A stretch of 64,000 bases of DNA. Origin: Nymphaea colorata. Lineage: Eukaryota. The position numbers and the translations under genes were made by a program. Numbering within the stretch: the stretch's first letter is position 1; each line of letters begins with the position of its first letter. Under the pieces are notes generated by a model. It was not told the DNA's origin. It saw only the letters and a list, made by a program, of their open reading frames with translations, and searched no databases. The stretch is taken from NCBI RefSeq assembly GCF_008831285.2, contig NC_045138.2, forward strand, positions 4,402,001 to 4,466,000, given 5' to 3'. Below are positions 29,401-41,400 of this stretch, in pieces.

Positions 29401-32400
29401 AAATACTACTCTAATCATGAGAACTGAAAATTTTTTGATATTTTCAACAATTTAACTGCAGCATTTATTATTTACAAAAGTCAATTACTAACAAACTACA
29501 TGCTTTCTTTTGCTTCTTGTGGGTTTTCAATGCATGTTGTTTCTATCACAGGTTAAGAGATCTGATAAATGTCAATGGTAGGAACCACAATTACTGGCAA
29601 AGAAGCTGATGAAATGTGCTTTATTTTCCTACTGGGACCAAGAGAACTTTCTAAATTATACTGGAAAGCAGTGTTTAATAGAAAAATAAACTTCAGATTT
29701 CTATAATAATTTGCCAGACAAACTTGAAGATGTTCAGGACTACAAAGAAGCTATTGATGAATCAAAAATACAAAGTGAATGACAGCAACAATTCTAGGTA
29801 GCAATTCAAGGTAAGAGGAAAAGTACATGCCTTCAGACAGTACACCGCAAGCCGCCTCCTTGTCTCTGCATTCCCATTTTGAAGATCAGAAATTATTGAG
29901 TGGTGAACATCCTCTTTCTGTTTCCAGTGAAAAGTAAAATCATATGCATAGATATTCTAAACCATAAGATAAAAAAATGGAAAATTTGAAGTTCAGATCT
30001 GCGCACATACTAGCATATATGTAATTAAATAACTGCATCATGTATATCTTATAAAAAATGTAAACAAAAGAAAAAGAAATCATTGAGTGAATGCCCATGT
30101 GTGTGTGTGCATTCAAGTGGAATATGGTTGAGAACAATGTAGTAAAAGGTGTAGCGTAATGCCTATCGATTGGGCTGACCTATACACCATATTATAACGT
30201 ACTATAATGTATGGTAAACTTATCATAAAATTATTTTTTTAATTCATGAAAAACTAAGAAAATTAAAAAAAAAAACAAGAACAATCATGAAAAAAAGTGT
30301 TCTATATAAAAAATTCATCACACGTAATGACCATGATTCATCATTCATAAGCCAGAATATGTTAATAACACATTAAGAAAATAAAACAAATATGTTCATA
30401 AAATACATAGAGACCTATCGTAAACTTTAGAAAAAAAATAAAAATATATGTAAAATTTGAAATTGAGAAATTGTATATGGAGAAAAATAAATACCAAAGC
30501 CCTCTTTTTCCAAACACGAATGGGTTTTCCACTAGCAAATCTCCTTTAAACCAGTGATTGTCCTTCAAATCGATGATCAATTTGGCAATTTCTCTCCAAA
30601 ACCAGCAAAAAAAACTCCCTTCCAGAGCTCTTAGAAGTGTTAGCAATGGAGGAAAAGAGGCGGTTTTGAAAAAAAAAAAAAAGGGAACGATCAAAAGGAG
30701 AATCATGCCCCTTTTGTAAAAATTACACCATATCGTAAGGTAGCAGTCTATACGCCTACACAAAAATGTGTAGGGCAGGTGTATCGTACAGATTTTGCCA
30801 ACCTATACATTCTGTATTTGTATCATGCGATACAGATAACACTGGTTGAGAGTACTTAAGCTCAACAGCCAAAAACCAATTTTTCCGGTAAGCCTAGTCA
30901 ATACGTAAGAAAGACTAAAAAGGAAAATAAAAAGACAAAGCATTTAAGCACATTTACTTATAGCTATAATAATGAAAAATTTTGGAAACCTTGTAAACCA
31001 TGATAATAAAAGATATGAAACAATTAAAAGAAATGAAAGGAAAAAAGAGAAGGAAAATGGCATTCCTATCAAGAAATAGACAAAACCACTGCTAAAAAAT
31101 TTCTACTCTTGTGTTTGCACTTTGCACACACCACAAATCTTAGGTGTTAAGGCATGGACTAGTCCACGCCTAGGTGTGAGTCCACACCTGTCGCCTATGT
31201 CCATCACTTAGGCGACCGGTGTTAGGCTGGCGCCTAGTCCATAGAAAGGTGAAAAGTCACCTTCCCTTCAAATTAGATCCTGTAATTTTATTATACGCTG
31301 TTATACCATATATATTTATATTATATAAAGGTATATCATCTGTTCTTTAAGTACAGTTTGTTGTACGTTAATTACATATTCTATATCAACTCATCAAGTG
31401 GAAGTTCCAGCCATATGCTAAGTACACATTCTATAAAACCAATGAATTTCTGTACATATCTTATGTGCTCTAAAACATATTTTGTGGAACCTATCCCAGC
31501 CTCCTTACCCATGTTAAAATATGGTAAAAAGGCCACCCAGTTTTTCTTGTTTAATGCATGTCTAGTAAAAAGAAAAAATAAGTGAAGACCTCACTTTTGC
31601 AACCTGAATACAGATTTATTTTCTCATGTGTGAGGGTGTTTCATGTGTTATATTATATTATATGTTATATGTACGATCTGTTGTAAACTTGTAATGTATA
31701 TTATATGTACTGATTTGATATGATTTTCGTTTGAAATGATTCAAATGAAATAGTCTATAAGAAATGCAAGCATTGTGCAGTATGTAAATAAGAATGATGT
31801 GTTTTCTTTTGTGTATCGAATTAAGGCATCAGTTAGAACAGAACAGCACAGTTTTCCAGTATGTAAACAAGCTGGAAATGTACTGTTAATCTGTCATGTA
31901 AACAAGAACAGAACAGTTTTTTATGTTTTACTTTTTGGCGTTACTTACGAAGTATAATCATTCAATTAAAACAGAACAGAACAACTTTTCAAGTTTTACT
32001 TGGAATAGAAGCTTACAGTTCAGTCTGTAAGTACATAACTTTATAATGTAATGGCTAACATAACTAAAAAACCAAAAGAGAAAAAAAAAAAGTTGCTGTT
32101 TTTGGCTAGGCAAGCCTTGTCTCGCTTAACAACTAAACCAAAAACATTTTGAAAAGCAAACCAGAAAATCAAATAAAAAATTATTTGTTACAATTGCCAT
32201 TAAGTTTGACATATAAAATCAACTTTCCCAAATTGAAGAGATTTGAGAAGGAGCAATGGTGGTCAAGGAACAGGAACAGTTCTATATGATCCATGTCTTT
32301 CTCCCAATTTGTAGAAGCTCTACAACCTCAACTGGTCAATGTTCTTGAACTTCTACTTAAAGGAAGCACCTCCACCATGGGCACCATTGTTGCCTCAACT

Positions 32401-35400
32401 GCTCCCGGTATGTTCAATTGACTCTTAGAATCAGGACCATTTTTCATATGACCCCTAATGAGGCCTTCCATGCAAATGCAAAACTTAATCAAGTCCCTCT
32501 TTTGTTCTCACAGTGATTGAAATGTCCTTATCAACTACTATAAATATTGAAATTGTATTTGAAAATTCAAAACTTTTTAAAATTTCAAATGTTAGGTACA
32601 TCCCAAAATAAAATCTCAACCTATTATCTACTTGTCAAATGATCAATCATGGATTAAATGGTCAGAATTAACTAGACCGGCTAATTTTTTACCCAATAAT
32701 GTTAGGTTACTTGGAAGTTCTCAAGTCCAAACACAGCGGAAACATGGACTCTGAAGGAATGCCTTCAGAGTCTAAGTGAATTCAAAGGGAGCTTCGTCAT
32801 TCAAGCTAACAATTGCAAATGGAAAGGGTGGATTAAAACAGGAGCAAGAGTACGCCTTTCTTTATGAACTGCCGACTTCGGATGATAATTCTTATATACG
32901 TAATGATACTTTTATAGATGACCTTTAGCTGACCAGAGAACTAATCACTTCAGAATCTCAGATACTGACTCTCAAACCATACTTAGATCTCATAGATCTA
33001 CTAGACCCCCTCAATCTGGCCATTGGAAAGCCTCCAACAGCTAGATTTCCTTCTTAAACGGGACCACCTAGTTCTCTCAAGCTATCTGTTGTGAAATATA
33101 TTTTTTTGTGCCTTAGTGCATTTTTTCTTGTTGCAGCCATACTAAGTGCATGTTGTTAGATTTTGAGCGTAATCAGAATTTATATATATTTTTACAGCCA
33201 CAAGCAACTGCATAATTTATATTTTCTAGACCAAGTTTAACAATTCAGTAAAGAATAAAACATATACAAAGAGATTGTGCAGGAATATCCAGATGTTCTA
33301 AGAAATAAGTGCACATGCACAAAGAATATTAGACACATCTTTGTTCACCTGTTCCGAAAGGAAATGTGCCGACACAGAATTCAGTGAATATGAACTCAAT
33401 TTGTAATCTCTTTGCATAGCCTGAAAGATATGTTTAATTGGTAAAACTAGCAGAAATTCAATGTTATACAACATGTTAAATGCACAGAAGTTTCAAAATT
33501 CATCCAACCTGAAGCAAATCAAATTGCACTCTCCCTTCAATAGCCACTTCTTTACTTTCACGAGTACCATATTGCCTGCACATATAATGCACCGGACACA
33601 GTAAGAACAAATGCAATAGCACTATTTGGATTTTTTTTTTATATCCTTCAAAAGAAACACAAAGTACACTTCATCCATCAAATTCATAAGTACAGATAAG
33701 CTCCATGAGAAAGTCCAGATGTAAAACAACTGTTTTATGGACCAAAGTTCAACGAGTTCCATAGATGCACAAAGTAGACATAGTTCTTAGAGTTTCTATA
33801 GTGCACATTAAACACATTCCTATATAAGTGTTGGCCATGCCAGCAGCAAAGGTCACTAAAAATATAGTAAACACGCAAAAAATAAATAAATTTAAGAACA
33901 TAAAGGAAAACCTTATTTAAACATAATAAACATGTAAAGAAAAGAAACATATATTTACTACGTTCTGAAATTTTAGAAAAAAATAGGAAAATTCTTTTTC
34001 TCCAGCTGCATTCCTCCCAATATAACAATAAGTCCTTATTGGAAAGATTTAATAACCGCACCTGAAAACTGCAAATTGTCTAGATATCTGCCTCCAAGTT
34101 TAGAAAGACCACAAACATCAACTGTTAAAAAGAAATCTTAATTTAAAAAAGTTAATTGGTGTATCAATTATTCTTTATGGATGAACAGACACTCAAAGTT
34201 GCCCACAAATTAATTTCAGTACCTTGCATGTGATAACGGTTGATGGGTCTACATCAAAGCCACATATGTAGCACTTTTTAAAATATATAAATATATGTAT
34301 ATATATATGATTAAACGTTAAAGAAGACAAAAAAGAAAAAAGGAATGCGAAAAAACATACATTTTTAAAAAAACGGGTGAAAGTAAATATTTCTTGCATT
34401 TTTCTGTTTTTTAACACTTTTCTGTTTTTTCACTTTTCTTTTTTTAAATATTAATATCATCAAGGTTTAAACTTCAAACATAGATTAAATTATTTATCAC
34501 CATTAAACATTATTTTAATCATTTTACATATGTATTTCTTATGTCCTCCTATTAATTTCTCTTTTGTTTTAAGTTTTAACTTTACCTAACGTTTAGGATT
34601 TTTCTTCATTTTTTTAAATTGCAAGATTTTCCTGAGTTTTTCCCAAAAAATGTTGCCGAAAATTATTTAAAAAATTTTATCAGTAAAACCTTAGAATGAT
34701 ATTTGTGGGTATGGTCTAAGACTCTAAAGAATATGAAAACGTTGAATTTTTAAGATAGTTGTTTGTAAATATTTTTGTGGTAAATATTTTTTATTGTTTA
34801 ACTTTCACCTTTAATAAAATGCAGTTGTGGATCATCTCAATATTGAGATGTAAATCCACATGAATTTGAATTCGATAGAGAACGCAATTTATATACTACT
34901 AACATGGATTTAGCTGATCCTGTTATTCCTTCTGAGGAGTTTGATGATGATGATATCGCTGAAAGCACTGAAATCAAGATATTGGTGGAACTGGAAGTCT
35001 AGAATGCAACTCTGATTGATGATGGATGAGGTATGACTATATGAACTGTGAACTCAAAACTAAAGTATATTTCTTGTTGAACTGATGTTTGATAATGATA
35101 TCATGATTAGCAAATTGCAATTTTTATTTCGTTATTTGATAATTTTGTGGTTTATAGACAATTTTTTGTCATATATTATATATAATATATATTATAATAA
35201 TAAATTAATAATAATAATAATAATAAATACCCTGCCACACCGCCGCACCTAAATTTTTTGAGATGTGCCACACTAGCACCCGCACCCCACACCTATGTGA
35301 CATAGGTCATGACTATGATTCTAAAGAAGTATGAACTATGAACTAAGAACTCCATTACTTGATTATGTAACAATTTGTTGGTTTTCCATGAAATGATTGA

Positions 35401-38400
35401 TAGAATGATACCTTGCTAATTATAAACTGATAATTTTGTTATTTGTGAACAATTTTTGTATTTAAAAGTCACAGCATCCACACCCAAGGTTTTTGAAAAT
35501 CACCACACCTGAAACCCAAACCTGTGACATAGTGTGCGACCAGTCAACAAACTAGTTATGCAATCAAACCTAGACATATAATTAATTAGGCCTCTCTAAT
35601 CCACTGAATGTCAACTAATCCAGTTGACCTAGCCAAGGACTAATTAGAGGTTGAATAGAGTTCATCAGCATGCATTGTTTTTAGAGGTTGAATAGAGTTT
35701 ATCAGCATGCATTGTTTAATTTTTCATTAAGAGGTAAAGGGTTAAAACAGAATATACACATACACACGCACAGACACACAAAGAGAATCTATTCATTGAA
35801 CAAATTTGGAATCCACATTATTTCACAACCCAGATTCAAGCAATAAAACAGTTAGAAGGAAAAACAAAGGAAACATTTACTCATATACTAACATATTCTG
35901 GCAAGCATTCGAACAACAAAACTGTTGATAGATTGTGGGTTTCGGGTCCGGATCCATACCCGACCCGCCTTGTAGCCCGTTTTGGGCTCTACTTAAGTCA
36001 TGTAACCCTAATCCTTATGAGTTAATGATAATCTTTAGAGAGAGAGAGTCTGGCTGCTAGTGGGCACCAACTCCTCCTCATTCGTGGTTTTTTCTCCCTC
36101 GTGTTGAGGGTTTTCCACGTTACATCGTGATCATTGTTTCTCTTCTTCTTCGTCTTGTTCGTATTTCTACATGGTATCAGAGCCGTGAAGTTCCGGCGTT
36201 TTTGGTTGTCTTTTGCCCGTGTTAGAGGAGAATCGCCCGACACTGTTCATCGTCTCGCCCGTGCCCGACGCTCGTGCCCGAGCGTCGTCTGTCACCCCGC
36301 CGCCGTCTCCGCCCAGCGCCGCCCTGATCAACGCCGATCAGGATTCCGCCGTCTCCGCCTAGCGACAACCGGACCAGCGACGCCCTGGTTAGCGCAGCCG
36401 CTTCCGCCCAGCGTCGGCCTGCCCAAACGACGACCTGTCCAGCGGCTGTCTTTTTCCGCCCAACGCCGTGTCCTTTTCCGGCGCCGTGCCGCTCTGCCTG
36501 GTCTGTTTCCGCCCAGCGCCGCGCCGACTGCCTGGTCTGTTCCCGCCCAGCGCCGCGCCGCTTTGCCTGGTTCTGTTTCCTGCTCTCTGTCCGTTTTTTG
36601 GTGTTGTATCGTGTGATTGCTTCTTGCTGCCCTTGCTGCCTACTGGTCTGTGATTATGGCAGCCTCTTCCTCGTCAACCGTCAACACCAATCCCACTGAA
36701 ATAGGGGCTTTTAGAACGGAGAATGTTCCCATGCAGGTCATCACTCTTCGCCTCACCAAGGATAATTATTTCTCGTGGTCGCCTGCTATGACCATGGGGA
36801 TTGCTGGCCGTGGTCGCATGGCCTATATTGATGGGAGCAACCCCGAACCAGCAAGAACAAGTGATGTGTGGCATACTTGGTTTCTTGAGGATAATCAAGT
36901 GAAAACTTGGATTGTCAATTCCGTTTCCGCCGATATTCAGCCCCTTATCCTTCGGAAGAAGACTGCTAGAGACATGTGGGTGGTCCTCGAGCAAATGTAT
37001 GGCCAAAAGAAGACCGCAATTCGTACTTACCAAGTAATGAAGACAGTCTATGGCATTCGACAAGGGACCTCGTCTGTTGCAGAGTACTATGGGGCTTTGA
37101 AAGCCAAGTGGGAAGAGCTTGACTATCATTCTGATATTCCTTGGCATTGTCCCCATGATCAGGCGCTCTATGTTGCTCATGAATGGGAAAACAGGGTGTT
37201 CCTATTTTTAGCAGGTTTAAATGATGAGTTTGAAGGTGTTCGAAGTCAGATTTTGAATTCAGGGGAGGTGTCCAGTATTGAAGATGTGTACTCCTGTGTT
37301 GAAGCGGAAGAACAGCGAAGGCTTGTTACAAAAGAAGGGAAGAGGGAACTTGTGCCCTATAACGAGAGATCTGCTCTCGTGAGTCGTGGTCCTGGCGGCC
37401 CATCTAGGTCTCTTCGCCGGTGCACTCACTGCAAGAAGACAGGTCACACTGTGGATTATTGCTGGGATCTTCATCCAGAAAAGAAGGGGAACAGAGGGAG
37501 ATCTTTGACTGGGAGAACGTCCGTGTCTGAGGTGCAAGCCTCTAGTGGAGAAAAAGTCTCCATTTCTGCTGACCAGCTTCGTGAACTAAGGGCTTATTTG
37601 GGCAGGCTCGAGGTCAACAAGACTGAGACCTCAGAGGGAACTACAGCTAATCATGCTCTTGCAGCTATTGGCAATCAAGGTAACTCTTCTGTGGGGGAAT
37701 GGATTGTCGATAGTGGTGCTACTCATCACATGACAGGTAACCCAAAATTGTTTCATGAGTATAAGTTGTCCTCGGGAAGGGAACGTGTTTCTCTTGCAGA
37801 TGGTTCCTCTACCTGTGTGGCAGGCGAAGGCACTCTGTCCTTGTTGGACAAATTTCATGTGCAGGGCGCTTTACATGTTCCCCAGTTTCCTTTAAATCTC
37901 TTATCAGTCAGTAGACTTACTAAAGAATTGAATTGTGAACTTATATTCTCTGCCGATCGTTGTGTTTTGCAGGACTTGGTGACAGGGAAGAGGATTGGGA
38001 TTGGTTTAGCTTCTGATGGATTATATCGTCTTCCCATACGTGTGGCTACTGCTCTGTTGACAGCGATCCGCAAGACAGATAAGAGAAGAGAAGATTGTCT
38101 TCAGTCTTTTATGTACTGGCATGAACGTTTTGGGCATTTACCTTTTGGGATTTTGAAACATTTGTTTCCAGACTTGTGTTCCTCCTTTGATGTGTCTTCC
38201 ATTTCTTGTGATGTTTGTCAGTTTGCCAAACATGTGAGGGCTTCGTACCCTCTTTCTTCTAGTTGTGCTAATGAAGCTTTTTCTCTGATTCACTCTGATG
38301 TATGGGGACCTTCGGGCATTCATACCCGTCAAGGTTTCCAGTATTTTATCACTTTCATTGATGATTTCTCTCGTGCTACATTTATATACTTGTTAAAAGA

Positions 38401-41400
38401 CCGCAGCGAGGTTCCTCGAATCATCGAGACATTTATTCTTCTTGTGCATACCCAGTATGGTGCGAATGTTAAAACTTTCAGGTCCGATAATGCCCGTGAG
38501 TACATGTGTCGGCCTGTTGAGGAGTTTCTTAGACAACGGGGGATTGTTCACGAGACATCCTGTAGTTACACCCCCCCTCAAAATGGGGTAGCTGAAAGGA
38601 AAAATCGTCAACTTCTTAATGTCACCAGGGCTCTTTTGTTTCAGAGAAATCTTCCTAAACACTATTGGGGTGATGCAGTTCTTACTAGTGCCTATCTTAT
38701 TAACCGCATGCCCAGTCGTGTTTTGAATGGTAGGACTCCCCACTCGTTGCTTCCTGGCAGTCGTCCACCATTTCCTCTTCCTCCTCGTGTTTTTGGTTGT
38801 GTATGTTTTCTCCATGATCACAGTCCAAATGTCAAGAAACTTGATCCTAGGTCTATCAAAGGTGTCTTTGTTGGATACTCCCCTACGCAAAAAGGATACA
38901 AACAAGGAAATGGAGATCACACTCTGTTTGTGAAGAAGAAGGAGAGCAAGGTTACTCTCCTGCTCGTCTACGTAGATGACATGATTGTTACTGGAGATGA
39001 TGAGGAAGAGATTATCAAGCTAAAAGGGTTACTGGCTACAGAATTCGACCTCAAAGATCTTGGAAAACTAAGGTATTTTCTTGGTATGGAGGTTGCTAGG
39101 TCTAGTACTGGTCTTGTACTAAACCAAAGGAAATATACATTAGACCTGCTGGAAGAAACTGGTAAATTGGGATGTAGACCTACTCCTACCCCTTTTGACA
39201 CTGGGCACAAGTTGAGTCTCAGAGATGGAGAGCCTCTCTGTGAAGAAGACAAGGGAAGATATCAACGTTTGGTTGGGAAGCTAATTTATCTTACCCTCAC
39301 GAGACCTGTTATCACCTTTGTGGTGAATGTCTTGAGCCAATTCATGCATGCGCCAACCGATGCACATCTGAAGGCTGTGGACAGAGTGCTATGCTACCTG
39401 AAGAAAAATCCTGGTAAGGGACTCCTGTATGTGAAACAAGAGACTGTGGAAATCGAGGGCTATTCTGATGCGGATTGGGCAGGTTGTGGTGATACCAGAC
39501 GATCCACTACAGGGTACTGTGTCTACTTGGGAGGAAACCTTGTTGTATGGAGGAGCAAGAGACAGGATGTTTGCTCTAGATCCAGTGCAGAGGCAGAATA
39601 TAGGGCAGTTGCTATGGGAGTGTCAGAGTTATTATGGTTGAAGATATTGTTGACTGACATTGGAATAGAGATTGAAGGACCTATGAAGATGTATTGTGAT
39701 AACAAGTCTGCAATCAACTTAGCCAACAATCCTGTACTTCACGACAGAACAAAACATGTTGAAATTGATCGTCACTTCATTCGGGAAAGGATTGATGCGA
39801 AAGAGTTGATCTTACCTTACATGAAGTCTGAAGACCAAACTGCTGATGTTCTGACGAAAGCTCTTCCTTCAGCTTCATTTGAGAGGAATGTATCCAAGTT
39901 GGGCATGTTTGATATGTACGCCCAACTTGAGGGGGAGTGTTGATAGATTGTGGGTTTCGGGTCCGGATCCATACCCGACCCGCCTTGTAGCCCGTTTTGG
40001 GCTCTACTTAAGTCATGTAACCCTAATCCTTATGAGTTAATGATAATCTTTAGAGAGAGAGAGTCTGGCTGCTAGTGGGCACCAACTCCTCCTCATTCGT
40101 GGTTTTTTCTCCCTCGTGTTGAGGGTTTTCCACGTTACATCGTGATCATTGTTTCTCTTCTTCTTCGTCTTGTTCGTATTTCTACAAAAACATTCAGATG
40201 TTTTCCCAAAACTTTGAAAGAAATAGTTTTAGATATCTAACCCAGTGTTTAGTACAGACCAAAGAGTGAGCACAAGCACGAATTCCACCAAGTTGATTAT
40301 ATCTAACCTTGAGGAGAAGGTAGTGTCCTTCATACGAACTCTACTATTTCTGATGCGGCCCAGAATAGGAAATTCAGCAATCTTCAAGGCGTCTGCCCTC
40401 TATACAATTAATTATTAACAACCTGGGTAAGTTCTTGCATGCTGAGGACATCAATGAAGGCACATAATACTAGTTTTAATCAATTGAACTTATATGTTCC
40501 TTCTGAGTGTGGTAGTTTGCTAGATCAAACTAGTGGGTGGGGTGGTGGTTGGAGATAGAGAGACAGAGACAGAGACAGACCTCAATGAGGTAAGGCAGAT
40601 CAAACTTGCAGATGTTATATCCAATTATAATGTCAGGATCAACTTCACGAACAAAATCCTGCCAATTTATTTTCCAAATCAAATGGACCAAAAGACAAAT
40701 CAGACTAAGAACGACAACAGTGCATATATATACGAGTTTCTTTTTGTCCATAAATATTGCAGAACACTGTAGATCTTGTAGCTGCTCATTAATCAGCAGT
40801 TGCCTTCATTTAGACTTTAAAGTAGGCATTTCCATTGCAGCAGAAAGTTTAAAAAACAACAAAAACTTGGCCAACTACTCACATTCAGAAAAGGTAACAC
40901 TTACCCTCCAAGCTAACAATACTTCTCTTTCTGTGTCAAACGACATTACATCAACCCCAACTATTGGAGAACATGACTTAAGAGTCATCACATTACGTAT
41001 AAAAGGATGATCTTCACCTTGCAGCGTGACTAGATTTGCCACCTTAAAAATTAATACCAAGTAAATGTAAGTACCATAGAATAAGAAAACTACTAGGAAG
41101 CAGGCTTGTTAAAATAAAACTTGTTTCTAAGATGGGGAAGAATTCAAAATCGAAGTTATAAAACCTTGGCTTTGGTTTATCTGTTTCCAATTTAAGCATT
41201 CAGGAACAGTTTCTTAAGTTATTAACTAGTGATGCTCACATTTCCACCTTTTTATCAAACGATTCAAAGCCATCAAAGAAAATAAATGGAATGTACAGAA
41301 AAGTCAGGATTCAAAAATGACGCAATAACTACTAACAGATGAAACTAAACCTGAATAACTGGATCATGAGTAGGCTCCGGGAAGAGTCCCTTGCGACCTG

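Larger units (their letters stand above)
26327..29830 (-). other. GC-AG intron (POLD1 intron 12)
   Basis: Exon 12 ends ...TGT CTG AAG|GCATGT and exon 13 begins CAG|GAT GCT. Only this junction restores the ExoIII motif YCLK-DAYLP. Confidence 0.85.

Noticed and set aside
34810..35030. Possible C-terminal fragment of a hAT transposase
   Set aside because: Short, stop-containing acidic stretch; similarity too weak to call by eye.
36134..36653. 160-aa and 61-aa ORFs upstream of gag
   Set aside because: Non-ATG starts in the GC-rich repetitive LTR/leader, with no recognisable domain.
36674..39729. Antisense and alternative-frame ORFs within the copia polyprotein
   Set aside because: Shadow ORFs of the coding strand with no independent signals.
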